A DNA stretch of 64,000 nucleotides. Source: an uncultured Clostridia bacterium. Its GTDB lineage: Bacteria; Bacillota; Clostridia; TANB77; CAG-508. Made by a program: the position numbers and the translations under genes. Location of the stretch: assembly GCA_934162255.1 (NCBI GenBank), contig CAKPIG010000002.1, forward strand, positions 85,938 through 149,937, given 5' to 3'. The notes under the pieces are model-generated. The model made no database searches. It had not been told where the DNA came from and saw nothing but the letters and a program-made list of their open reading frames with translations. Positions 46,934 through 56,315 of the stretch are shown in pieces. The stretch's first letter is position 1. Each line of letters starts with the position of its first letter.

Positions 46934-48631
46934 ATGAAGAAAAAAGTAGTAATGTTTTTATTACTAATAAGTATATATATAATTTTAACATTTATCTGTG
47001 GGAGTAAGGTTTTTGCAATAAACCAAACTACTTCAACAGACATTAATTCAATAGATTCAAATCAATATCCACAAATAAAAGAAATGTTACAAAATCTAAA
47101 AAATGAGCATCCAAATTGGAACTTTAAAATATTATATACAGACATAGATTGGAATGATGCAATTGCAAATGAATATGTAGGACATGGAAGTTCTCCAAGA
47201 AACTTATCATATAAAAGTTACACAGGAGAATGGAGATGTGGAGTATGTGGAGACAGAGCATATGATAATGGAAGCTGGTATTGTGCTTCTGAAAAAGCAA
47301 TTGGATATATGATGGATGCTAGAAATTCAGCAAATTATTCAGACATATTTCAATTTATGGAATTGACATATGGTGGATGTAATGAACAGACAATAAGAAC
47401 AATGGTATCTGGAACATTTTTAAATAATGATTCATACATAAATGCAATTATAAGTGCAGCACAAAAATACAATGTAAATCCATATTACATTGTTGCAAGA
47501 ATAATTCAAGAACAAGGTAAAAATGGTTCAACATTAAGTAAAGGACAAGGATATAATGGACAATATGTAGGATATTATAATGTGTTTAATATAGGAGCAA
47601 ATGGAAGAGGTTCAGAAACAATTATATTAAATGGATTAAGAAAAGCAAAAAGCTATGGATGGACATCTATAGAATCATCAATAGATGGAGGAGTTTCAAT
47701 AATAGCATCAAGTTATATTGCAAAAGGTCAAAATACATTATATTTTCAAAAATTTGATGTGGAAAATTCAGATGGAAATTTATATTGGCATCAATATATG
47801 CAAAATTTATTAGCAGCACAATCAGAAGGTAGTACACTAAGAAAAACATTTGAAAGTGTTTCTTCAATAGATGGAGAATATACATTTATAATACCACTAT
47901 TTAAAAATATGCCAAGTAGTGCATCACCAAGACCAGGAACAAGTGGTTCTGATGTAGTTAGTACAGAACTTGTTAGAGTAAATGTAACAAGTACATTGAA
48001 ACTAAGAAATGAACCAAAAGGAGCAACAACAGTAGGAAAAGTATATAAAGATGAAATTATTACAAGATTAATTAAAGCAACAAGTAAAGTTGGTGGAACA
48101 TATTGGGATTATGTAATGAAAGGTGATGGAACTAAAGGATATGCTGCTAGAGAAACATATGATGATGAAAATCCATATAAATTATATTTAGTACCAATTG
48201 AAACTGAAAAACCAGATGATAATAATGGGGGAAATACAGAAATTAATACTGAAAAAGTAAAAATGGATACAGTTTCAGGAGAAGCTATTGCTATACCAAA
48301 CGCAACTGTGAAAGATTTGAAAGAACTTGTTGGAAATGAAATTGTAGTAAAAAATGCTTCAGGAGAATTAGTTACAGATGATAATAAACTTGCTACAGGA
48401 TATACAATTAATGATACAAATACAGTTATAGTCTTAGGAGATATAAATGGAGATGGAGAAGTTGACACAGGAGATACATTCTTGTTGAAATTAATAGTAT
48501 TAGGAAAAAAAGAAATTCCAACTGGATGCTTTGGAAGAGCAAGCGACATAAATGGAGATGGAGAAGTTGATACAGGAGATACTTTCTTATTAAAAAAGCA
48601 AGTATTAAATATTGGAAATATAACTTTATAG
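46934..48631 (+). CDS. secreted peptidoglycan hydrolase: GH73 N-acetylglucosaminidase-like domain + SH3-like domain + C-terminal type I dockerin
   Basis: Start at the ATG at 46934 (RBS aagaggtg), giving a signal peptide MKKKVVMFLLL...VFA. NPYYIVARIIQEQG, YNVFNIGA and TLYFQKFDV resemble GH73. VNVTSTLKLRNEP....VGKVYKD is SH3-like. Two DINGDGEVDTGDTFLLK repeats form a dockerin. Confidence 0.8.
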   Translation: MKKKVVMFLLLISIYIILTFICGSKVFAINQTTSTDINSIDSNQYPQIKEMLQNLKNEHPNWNFKILYTDIDWNDAIANEYVGHGSSPRNLSYKSYTGEWRCGVCGDRAYDNGSWYCASEKAIGYMMDARNSANYSDIFQFMELTYGGCNEQTIRTMVSGTFLNNDSYINAIISAAQKYNVNPYYIVARIIQEQGKNGSTLSKGQGYNGQYVGYYNVFNIGANGRGSETIILNGLRKAKSYGWTSIESSIDGGVSIIASSYIAKGQNTLYFQKFDVENSDGNLYWHQYMQNLLAAQSEGSTLRKTFESVSSIDGEYTFIIPLFKNMPSSASPRPGTSGSDVVSTELVRVNVTSTLKLRNEPKGATTVGKVYKDEIITRLIKATSKVGGTYWDYVMKGDGTKGYAARETYDDENPYKLYLVPIETEKPDDNNGGNTEINTEKVKMDTVSGEAIAIPNATVKDLKELVGNEIVVKNASGELVTDDNKLATGYTINDTNTVIVLGDINGDGEVDTGDTFLLKLIVLGKKEIPTGCFGRASDINGDGEVDTGDTFLLKKQVLNIGNITL

Positions 48632-48644
48632 AAGGAGAGAATGT

Positions 48645-50393
48645 ATGAAAAAGAAAATAATTAGTTTTTTATTTGCAATATTTCTTATCTTTGCATTAAA
48701 AAATACATGTAGTGCAGCTAGTGCAAGCATTTCTTGCCCTAGTAGTGTAAAAGTAGGAGAAACAGCTACAATAAATGTAACAGGTAGTGCTGTTCAGTGG
48801 AAATTATCATTAAAAGTTAATGGAACAGAAATTGCAAGTAGTAATGATGTTGAAAATATTGATGGAAATAAGACAATATCATTTTCTGGAAAATATACAC
48901 CACAGACTACAGGCACTTTAAATGTAACATTAGAGGGAAATGCAACAGAATATTCTGACGGAACAACAATAAGAAGTTTTGCTTCAAAAACAATAGAAGT
49001 AGTAAATGCAGATAGTGGAAACAATAATAATTCTGGAGAAGACTCTAACCAAAACAATGGTGGTTCAACAACAGGAGGAAATACAACAACAAAATCATCA
49101 GAAGCAAGATTAAGTAATTTAGGAATCAGACCAAATGATTTCAAAGGATTTAAAAGAAATAAGTATAGTTATGATATAAGTGTGCCAAACGATGTAAGTG
49201 AAGTAGAAGTATATGCATCACCAGTTAATAATAAAGCAAAAATATCAGGAACAGGAAAGATAAAATTAAAAGAAGGAAAAAATACTGCAAAAGTCACAGT
49301 AACAGCAGAAGATGGAAAAACTAAAAAAACATATACATTAAATATAACAAGAGAAACAGCTAATGAAACACCAAATACAACAACAACTGATTCTGATGCA
49401 ACATTGAAAAATCTAGGAATAACACCAAAAGAATATGATTTTTCAGGCTTTAAAAAAGATACAATGCAATATTCTGTAGAAGTTCCAAATGATGTTACTA
49501 ATGTAGAAATATATGCAGAAGCAACAAGTAGTTCAGCTAAAATTACAGGAACAGGAAAAGTTGATTTAAAAGAGGGAGACAATTCATTTAATGTTGAAGT
49601 AACTGCTAAAGATGGAACAAAAAAGACATACACAATAGCAATAAAAAGAGCAGTAGCTCAAACTACAGTTGATAATAATCCAGACGAAGAGAAAAATCTA
49701 AGACTTTCAAAATTAATAATAAGTAATTTTGACTTAGTACCTAATTTTGACAAAGAAATATATGAATATAAAATAGATGTAGATGAAAATATTTCAAAAT
49801 TAGATTTAACTGCAGAAGCAAATGAAAAAAATGCAAAAATTGAAATACTAGGAAATGAGAACTTAAAAGAAGGAGAAAATGTTATAACTATAATACTTAC
49901 AAATGAAGAAACACAAGAAGTTACAACATATCAAATAATTGTAAACAAAAGTACATCACAAGAAATAATAGGAATGGCAAAATGGACAAATCCTTCAACA
50001 TGGGGATTGAAAGAAAAAGTAATAGTCGCAACTGGAGTAGCTTTAGTTTTGATAATAATAGTTGCAATAGTATTAAAAATTAGATTAGCAAAACAAGATA
50101 TTGATTATGATGTAGAACTTCCAGGAGGGGAAGAATTGGATAAAGCATTATCAAAACATCAAGAACTTGTAGAAGACACAGAAGAGAATCAAAAGCATGA
50201 GATTGTAGAAGAGAATACTAGTTTTGATGATAATCCAGAAACTCCAACATACATAAAATCAACATTCAAGGATGATATTTTCCCAGAGAAAAAGGTAGAT
50301 ACTAATAAAGAAATATACATAGATGATTCAATACCAAATGATTATACAGAACAATATACAAGTAATAGAAAAAAAGGAAAACATTCTTTATAA
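48645..50393 (+). CDS. membrane-anchored surface protein with three cadherin-like beta-sandwich repeats
   Basis: 582 aa: signal peptide, a ~100-aa Ig-like N-domain and a G/N/T linker. Three repeats follow, of the type L..LGI.P..F..F....Y.Y...VPNDV..V.V.A.......I.GTG...LKEG.N...V.VTAEDG..K.Y...I (PF12733-like). Then a TM helix (VIVATGVALVLIIIVAIVL) and an acidic cytoplasmic tail. Confidence 0.7.
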   Translation: MKKKIISFLFAIFLIFALKNTCSAASASISCPSSVKVGETATINVTGSAVQWKLSLKVNGTEIASSNDVENIDGNKTISFSGKYTPQTTGTLNVTLEGNATEYSDGTTIRSFASKTIEVVNADSGNNNNSGEDSNQNNGGSTTGGNTTTKSSEARLSNLGIRPNDFKGFKRNKYSYDISVPNDVSEVEVYASPVNNKAKISGTGKIKLKEGKNTAKVTVTAEDGKTKKTYTLNITRETANETPNTTTTDSDATLKNLGITPKEYDFSGFKKDTMQYSVEVPNDVTNVEIYAEATSSSAKITGTGKVDLKEGDNSFNVEVTAKDGTKKTYTIAIKRAVAQTTVDNNPDEEKNLRLSKLIISNFDLVPNFDKEIYEYKIDVDENISKLDLTAEANEKNAKIEILGNENLKEGENVITIILTNEETQEVTTYQIIVNKSTSQEIIGMAKWTNPSTWGLKEKVIVATGVALVLIIIVAIVLKIRLAKQDIDYDVELPGGEELDKALSKHQELVEDTEENQKHEIVEENTSFDDNPETPTYIKSTFKDDIFPEKKVDTNKEIYIDDSIPNDYTEQYTSNRKKGKHSL

Positions 50394-50395
50394 AA

Positions 50396-50425
50396 TTAAG
50401 CTCCAAGCAAAAACTTGGAGCTTAA
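50396..50425 (+). terminator. intrinsic terminator
   Basis: 12-bp stem ttaagctccaag-caaaaa-cttggagcttaa. Confidence 0.7.
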
Positions 50426-50465
50426 TACTTGAAATTTATAAATAAATTTAGTATTATAATTATAT

Positions 50466-50541
50466 GCCACTATAGCTCAGTTGGTAGAGCGACGGATTCG
50501 TAACCCGTAGGCCAGCAGTTCGATTCTGCTTGGTGGCACCA
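50466..50541 (+). tRNA. tRNA-Thr(CGT)
   Basis: Acceptor GCCACTA/TGGTGGC, D arm GCTC-AGTTGGTA-GAGC, anticodon loop TTCGTAA, T arm AGCAG-TTCGATT-CTGCT, encoded CCA. Confidence 0.92.
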
Positions 50542-51193
50542 TTTTATAACAACTTATGAACTTAAAAGTTTGCAGGTTGTTTTTTTATATATAAAATTAA
50601 AATGTTTTATTTCTAGAAAGGATGGAATTTTTTTATGTTGGAATTTAAAGTATTACAATAAATAGAGCTAAATAATGAATACTAGAAATTATTAAAGAAT
50701 ATGCTCTTACTATATTTGAATATAAAGTAAATGAAATAAGTAGTAAAAACTTTTAAATCAAAGAACATAATCAAAAGTATAATCTCAAAGAAATTAAGCA
50801 AATTCTCATAAAATTAAAAATTTAGAGTCAAAAAATGCATTTTATAGAAACAATATGAAAATATAAAATTTTTTCAAAAAACTTTGTAATTTCATCATAC
50901 AAACTCAAAAGTAAGAAGGATAATTTTTTACCTAAAGCAGGGGGAAAAAACCTACTTTTTTGAGCAAACATATAGAGGTAATTTTATGAGATGCGGAATT
51001 TATAAAAGATTAGTAAATTTATATTTGAGTTCTAACTTAAATGTTGAGACAATGAACCATAAAAATATATTATAAAAAATTGAAAACTTAAATAATAAAA
51101 AACAGCAAATAGATCCAATAGAAATAAAGCAAGATAAAAACTACAGTATAGAGATAACAAATATTAAATTTACATAAGAATTTAAATATAAGA

Positions 51194-51222
51194 TTGACAT
51201 AATTTGATTAAAACGTTATAAT
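51194..51222 (+). promoter_or_regulatory. perfect consensus sigma-A promoter for the island operon
   Basis: TTGACA (51194-51199), a 17-nt spacer, then TATAAT (51217-51222), about 75 nt upstream of the first island CDS. Confidence 0.65.
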
Positions 51223-51298
51223 AATGTAGTAAACATTAAGTAAGAGGCAAAAGGCTTATATGTAGGTGATTATTAATCAAATGTAAAAGGAGGAAATT

Positions 51299-52117
51299 AT
51301 GATTAACTTTAATGAGTATAAAGAAGCATTGGAGTATATTAAACGGTATTTTCTTTATGACTTAAAAGAACTTGAAATTGTTTCAGCGCAAATTTTTGGT
51401 TCTACTACTTATGATGGAGTCTTTGTTAGGAAAATTTCTGATATTGATATATGTATTTTTACACCCAAAATGTATACTATGGATTATCGGGATATTGTTC
51501 AGCTTATTATCAACAATACTAAAGGAGATTTTATAGATAAAAAGCCTTCAATTGTAGTTGATTATATAGCTGATCGGATTGAGTTTTACATCAATCATCC
51601 ACAAATTGCAATAGATGTAACAGTTATGGCTCCAGAATTACCTAATAGCAATAATATGGAAGAAACTGTAGCTCATGATTCTGTTGATATGTTTTTAGGT
51701 GCTTTTTATCAATATGGTATTCCATTAATAGGTGAAGTACCAAAAAAAAAATTAGTAGAGGAAACTTTTTTTCCGTTCTATAGTGAAGAGTTAAGGAAAA
51801 AACGTTTAGATATGCTTATTCCAAGGATAGAAAAATATAACAAGAGAATAGAAATTTTGATTGAACAAAAAAATTATGATATATTAGATCATATTTATAA
51901 ATCAAGACTATATTTTCTTAAGTGGCTGTTTATTTATAAAAGAAAGTATCCTGTAAACTTACACAAGCATTTAGATTACCAATTATCAACAATTTTATGC
52001 CTCCCCAAAAAAGAAAGAGAAAAACTCTTATTTATCGGAGAAGGTAACTTATTTAAATTAGCCTCTGATTATTTACAGGTTGTAAATAGTTATTTAAATG
52101 AGTATTGGAAAATATAA
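51299..52117 (+). CDS. Pol-beta superfamily nucleotidyltransferase with helical C-terminal domain (ANT/KNTase-like architecture)
   Basis: 272 aa with RBS aaaggagga. Has the G-S...D-x-D motif (IFGSTTYDGVFVRKISDIDICIF) and a third acidic residue in IAIDVTV. The C-terminal ~130 aa are predicted helical and contain RKYPVNLH, a loose R-x6-H pattern. Confidence 0.7.
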   Translation: MINFNEYKEALEYIKRYFLYDLKELEIVSAQIFGSTTYDGVFVRKISDIDICIFTPKMYTMDYRDIVQLIINNTKGDFIDKKPSIVVDYIADRIEFYINHPQIAIDVTVMAPELPNSNNMEETVAHDSVDMFLGAFYQYGIPLIGEVPKKKLVEETFFPFYSEELRKKRLDMLIPRIEKYNKRIEILIEQKNYDILDHIYKSRLYFLKWLFIYKRKYPVNLHKHLDYQLSTILCLPKKEREKLLFIGEGNLFKLASDYLQVVNSYLNEYWKI

Positions 52118-52193
52118 GCTCTATCAAAGTGTAGAATTAATTATTTATTTCTACACTTTGGTAATTATAAAAAATAAAAAGGAATTGTTAAAT

Positions 52194-53330
52194 ATGAATT
52201 ATGATATTCTGTATCCAGATTATAATAGAAGTATATTATCTATAAGTTCTTCATTATTAAATAAATTTAACATCAGTTCAAATTATCCTACACTAAAAGA
52301 ATTAGATATATATTTAAAAAAAGATTATAAAAATATTATATTTTTAATTTTAGATTGTCTAGGTACAAAAATTTTAAATAATAATTTGAGCAAAGATAGT
52401 ATATTAAAAGAAAATTTTAAAACAAATGTTACTACAGTATTTCCAAGTACAACAGTAGCAGCTACAACAGCTTTTCATTCTGGAATTTCACCTGTGGAAA
52501 ATGGTTGGATAGGCTGGATGCCCTATTTTACAGAATATAATGATATTATAGAAATTTTTACCTCTAAGCAGTTTTATACAGGTAAAAAATTAGAAATATT
52601 AGATATTGGAAAAAGTATTTTAAATTATGAAACAATATATTCAAAGATAATTAATAAAAATCCACATATAATTTATAATAAAATATTTCCAAGTTTCATA
52701 CCAGAAGGAGCAAAGTCTATAGAAGAACTTTGTGAAAAAATATATGATAGCTGTAATAATCAAAACAAGTGTAATTTAATATCTTCATATTGGAATGAAC
52801 CAGATCATACTATACATCATACTGGTACATATTCAAATGAAACAAAAGTAGTATTAGAAAATATAGATAGAAATATAAGGCAATTAGTTAATAAATTGGA
52901 TAATTCTCTAATTATTATTTCGGCAGATCATGGTGCTGTAGACGTAGAAGAAATTTATATAAATGAGTACGAAGAACTTGTAAATTGTTTAAAAATGCCA
53001 CCATCTATAGAAACGAGATTTGTAACATTTTTTGTAAAAAAAGATAAAAAACAATTTTTTAAAATAAAATTTAACGAAATATTTGGAAACGATTTTATAT
53101 TTTTGGAAAAAGATGAATTTTTATCATCAAATTTATTAGGAAAAGGAAAAAAACATTATAAAATAAATGAGTATTTTGGAGATTTTATAGCTATTAGTAA
53201 ATCTAATAAAACTATTAGATTTACAATGGATGGTAATAAATTTGAAAGGTTAATTGCAGATCATGGAGGATTAACAAAAGATGAAATGGAAGTACCAGTT
53301 ATAATAATAGATAAGGAGAAAAATAAATGA
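52194..53330 (+). CDS. alkaline phosphatase superfamily enzyme (nucleotide pyrophosphatase/phosphodiesterase- or PglZ-like)
   Basis: Start moved to the ATG at 52194, since the 52098 start overlaps the upstream stop and has no RBS. The motifs appear in the expected order: LDCLG (metal Asp), FPSTTVAATT (Thr nucleophile), EPDHTIHHTG, SADHG and ADHGG. No TM segments. Confidence 0.75.
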   Translation: MNYDILYPDYNRSILSISSSLLNKFNISSNYPTLKELDIYLKKDYKNIIFLILDCLGTKILNNNLSKDSILKENFKTNVTTVFPSTTVAATTAFHSGISPVENGWIGWMPYFTEYNDIIEIFTSKQFYTGKKLEILDIGKSILNYETIYSKIINKNPHIIYNKIFPSFIPEGAKSIEELCEKIYDSCNNQNKCNLISSYWNEPDHTIHHTGTYSNETKVVLENIDRNIRQLVNKLDNSLIIISADHGAVDVEEIYINEYEELVNCLKMPPSIETRFVTFFVKKDKKQFFKIKFNEIFGNDFIFLEKDEFLSSNLLGKGKKHYKINEYFGDFIAISKSNKTIRFTMDGNKFERLIADHGGLTKDEMEVPVIIIDKEKNK

Positions 53331-55012
53331 GTATTAATTTAAAAGAATATTTTGGAGATTATAAACAAAATAATGTAAATATATTAAATCAATACATATC
53401 TATGTTGGATAGTAAAGTAGGTAAGTATTATAATTTCGGAAAACCTTTTTTTAAAGGAGAACATAAATTAAGTTATAAAGAATATTTAAAAAAATGTAAA
53501 TTAAATTATAATCCATTAACAGCAGAGGAAACTTTTGAATATATATCACCGCTATATCAAAACTTACCAAATTGGAATAACCCTGGAACCATGATAAATG
53601 TGATTCCACCAGTAAACTTAATTTCAATGGCAAGTATGAGCTTTACAGAACTATTTAACCCTAATTTTGCACAAGATACTTACTCTGGATTATTGATTAC
53701 ATCTGAATTAGAGGTTGTAAAATATATATCGGATTTACTAAATTGGAATTGGGAAAAGAGTTTTGGAGTATTTACTTTTGGAGGAAAAGGAACAAACCTT
53801 TATGCAACTAAAATAGCATTAACAAAAGCCTGCTTGGAAACACAAGATTACGGTTGTGAACGAAACAAATATTTTATGATAACAAGTCAAAATGCTCATC
53901 CTTGTCACTATGAAGTTTGTAATTGGTTAGGAATTGGAAAAGATAATTGTATTGAGGCTAAATGTAATACAGACGGAAGAATAAATTTAGAAGAAACAGA
54001 AAAAATAATATGTGAGAATATTGAAAGTGGAAGAATATTTTTAGGATTTAATTTAAATGGTGGAAGTACAAATGAGCTTATCATTGATCCGATAAAAGAA
54101 ATTTCAGAAATTAATCAAAAAATAGTAAACAAATATAAATTAAACTATATTCCACATATTCATGTTGATTCAGTATTGGGATGGATATATTTATTCTTCA
54201 ACAAATATGATTATAATAATAATTACCTTGATATCCCCAAAGAGCATTTGAAAAAAATATTATCTTTAAATAAAAAAGTACAAGAATTTAAATATGCAGA
54301 TTCTTTAGGTGTAGATTTTCACAAAACAGGATTTTGTCCATATGTATCAAGTCTATTTATTGTTAAAAATAGGAAAGATTTCTACAACCTTAATCCGGGT
54401 AAAGAAGTTTCCTTAGAAGATTTACATTATGGGAATTATAATCCATTTGAAACAACATTAGAATTAACACGACCTTCTAGTGGACCAATAACAGCGCTAA
54501 CAACATTAAAATCATTAGGAATAAGAGGTTTTCAAGAAATCATATCAAATATGTTTGTATCTACAGAAAAATTCAGAAAGATACTTTCAAAAAATGATAA
54601 TATTTGTATACTAAATGAAGATACTGAGTGGTTAACAACATTATTTATATTAAAACCTGAAGAATACAAAAAAATAAAATTAGATGAAATTTTGAAATTA
54701 GAAGAACATGAAATAAAAAAAATAAGGGAATATAATATAAATTTTGCAAAATACATATTGGAAAAAGGAAAAAATGGAGAAATTTCATTTACATTTACTT
54801 CTTCAAGAAGTTATAAAATTCCAAATACTGATATAAAATTAGGAACATTAAAAGTGTATCCAATGTCTGTATTTTTAAATGACAATGAAGTTAGATGTTT
54901 ATCGGAAGAAATATTTAATAGTATAGAAGATTATAAGAAAAATTTAATAAATATGGATTATACTAAGCTATCATCTATATCCGATAATATGGTATATAGA
55001 AATAGTAAATAA
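53327..55012 (+). CDS. group II pyridoxal-phosphate-dependent decarboxylase-like enzyme
   Basis: 561 aa. The ATGA overlap with the upstream gene indicates translational coupling. FTFGGKGTNLYATKIAL (the GG.-.N..A region), HIHVDSVLGW (the H.DAA.GG equivalent) and SLGVDFHKTGFCPY (PLP-lysine motif) match the family. Confidence 0.75.
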   Translation: MSINLKEYFGDYKQNNVNILNQYISMLDSKVGKYYNFGKPFFKGEHKLSYKEYLKKCKLNYNPLTAEETFEYISPLYQNLPNWNNPGTMINVIPPVNLISMASMSFTELFNPNFAQDTYSGLLITSELEVVKYISDLLNWNWEKSFGVFTFGGKGTNLYATKIALTKACLETQDYGCERNKYFMITSQNAHPCHYEVCNWLGIGKDNCIEAKCNTDGRINLEETEKIICENIESGRIFLGFNLNGGSTNELIIDPIKEISEINQKIVNKYKLNYIPHIHVDSVLGWIYLFFNKYDYNNNYLDIPKEHLKKILSLNKKVQEFKYADSLGVDFHKTGFCPYVSSLFIVKNRKDFYNLNPGKEVSLEDLHYGNYNPFETTLELTRPSSGPITALTTLKSLGIRGFQEIISNMFVSTEKFRKILSKNDNICILNEDTEWLTTLFILKPEEYKKIKLDEILKLEEHEIKKIREYNINFAKYILEKGKNGEISFTFTSSRSYKIPNTDIKLGTLKVYPMSVFLNDNEVRCLSEEIFNSIEDYKKNLINMDYTKLSSISDNMVYRNSK

Positions 55013-55024
55013 AAGGAGAAAATT

Positions 55025-55627
55025 ATGAAACTTGTAATTATATTTGGTCCACATGCTGTAGGTAAAATGACAGTTGGACAAGAATTAGAAAAAATAACAG
55101 ATTTAAAATTATTTCATAATCATATGACAATAGACATTGTTGCAGATTTATTTGAAAATATGCCACAAGAAAGACAAAGGTTGACAGAATTATTTAGAAA
55201 TGAAATATTTCAATCTTTTTCAAAAAGTGATGAATATGGAATGATTTTCACATGTATGTGGGCATTAGAAAAAAAAGATGATTGGGAATATATAAATAAC
55301 TTGGAGACCATGTTTAAAAGTAACGGAGCAGATGTTTATTATGTTGAGTTAGAAGCTGATTATGATATAAGACTTCAAAGAAATACCACAGAAAATAGAC
55401 TTTTAAATAAACCTTCAAAAAGAAATATAGAAAAATCTGAAAACTTATTTAGAGATATAGAAGCAAGACACAGATTAAATTCTTATCCAAATGAAATTCA
55501 GAAAGAAAATTATATAAAAATAAATAATACATATATAGATCCCCAAAGTGTAGCTAGGTCAATAAAAGAAAGATTTAGATTACAAAGTAAAAATAAAAAG
55601 ATACAAGAAGATGATTTTGAAAGATAA
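55025..55627 (+). CDS. P-loop NTPase, small-molecule kinase-like (AAA_33/shikimate kinase-like fold)
   Basis: 200 aa with RBS aaaggaga. Walker A GPHAVGKMT at residues 8-16, followed by LFHNHMTIDIV. Size and layout resemble small-molecule kinases of the CPT/TmrB type. Confidence 0.65.
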   Translation: MKLVIIFGPHAVGKMTVGQELEKITDLKLFHNHMTIDIVADLFENMPQERQRLTELFRNEIFQSFSKSDEYGMIFTCMWALEKKDDWEYINNLETMFKSNGADVYYVELEADYDIRLQRNTTENRLLNKPSKRNIEKSENLFRDIEARHRLNSYPNEIQKENYIKINNTYIDPQSVARSIKERFRLQSKNKKIQEDDFER

Positions 55628-55681
55628 TAGTAAAATTTACAAAATATATTTTATAATAATTTTAGAAAGAAAATAAGAGAG

Positions 55682-55726
55682 TTCGTAACCCGTAGGCCAG
55701 CAGTTCGATTCTGCTTGGTGGCACCA
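55682..55726 (+). repeat. attR-like partial copy of the tRNA-Thr 3' end
   Basis: Exact 45-nt match to 50497-50541 (ttcgtaacccgtaggccagcagttcgattctgcttggtggcacca). Confidence 0.9.
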
Positions 55727-55797
55727 ATATGAAGAGTTATAAGGTTTCAATCTGTCACTTTATACTAAAAATAAAATGCTTTTTTTAAAAAAGCATT

Positions 55798-56145
55798 TTA
55801 TTTTTTTAATCTAATTAATATTGCTATACCTAATAAAATAAGTAAAACTCCTACTACAATAAGACAAATATTCAAAACATTTGTTAAAGTCAAATCAAAA
55901 TCAGAAGTAGTTACTGTACTAGTAAGAGTAGTTGAAGAAGAACTTCCTGAATTGCTTCCAGAACTACTAGTATTTGTATTACTTGCTGAATTAGAGTCAT
56001 TTGAATTATTATTAGAAGTATTTGATGTATTATTAGAACCAGAATCTGTAAGATTCATATCAACTGCTGCCAAAACATGAGAACAGCTAGATATTAAAAG
56101 TAAAACTAGTGCTAATATACAAAAAAATTTAAAAAATTTTGGCAT
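55798..56145 (-). CDS. small secreted/membrane-anchored Ser/Asn/Thr-rich protein
   Basis: 115 aa: signal peptide (..LLISSCSHVLA), about 60 aa of S/N/T low complexity, and a C-terminal TM helix plus RLKK. Confidence 0.55.
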   Translation of the reverse strand: MPKFFKFFCILALVLLLISSCSHVLAAVDMNLTDSGSNNTSNTSNNNSNDSNSASNTNTSSSGSNSGSSSSTTLTSTVTTSDFDLTLTNVLNICLIVVGVLLILLGIAILIRLKK

Positions 56146-56315
56146 TTGTAAAACCTCCCATAGTTATCTCTAAAATCATAATCTTTAATAATAATAACAG
56201 AATTGAAAAAAAATGTCAATTAAAACGAAAAATATAATGTGAAAATATTGTGAATTAAACGAAAAAATGATAATAAATATGCTATAATAATCAAAATAAA
56301 GTTGGAGGGAAAAAT

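Larger units (their letters stand above)
50497..55726. mobile_element. 5.1-kb genomic island integrated into the 3' end of tRNA-Thr, bounded by 45-bp direct repeats; no intact integrase
   Basis: 50497-50541 (the 3' part of the tRNA) is repeated exactly at 55682-55726. The cargo genes use different codons from the backbone: CGG for Arg, ATT rather than ATA, and a T-rich rather than A-rich coding strand. Confidence 0.65.

Noticed and set aside
48700-49010. N-terminal domain of the 582-aa surface protein as a cohesin module.
   Set aside because: It is only about 100 aa and shows no cohesin sequence signature that I can recognise. It is kept as a hypothesis in the dockerin finding rather than as an annotation.
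50580-51190. Possible decayed integrase gene at the tRNA-proximal end of the island.
   Set aside because: The position is right. Short translated fragments such as EIKQILIKL vaguely recall tyrosine recombinase text. But all six frames are riddled with stops, the stretch is only about 600 bp, and I see no recognisable R...HxxR...Y catalytic motifs. A tblastn/HMM search with phage integrase profiles would be needed.
52098-52193. Upstream ATG (52098) given by the ORF track for the alkaline-phosphatase-like gene.
   Set aside because: It would overlap the end of the NTase gene by 20 nt, has no RBS, and adds a hydrophobic stretch with no family counterpart. The ATG at 52194 follows aaggaa and begins the conserved part.
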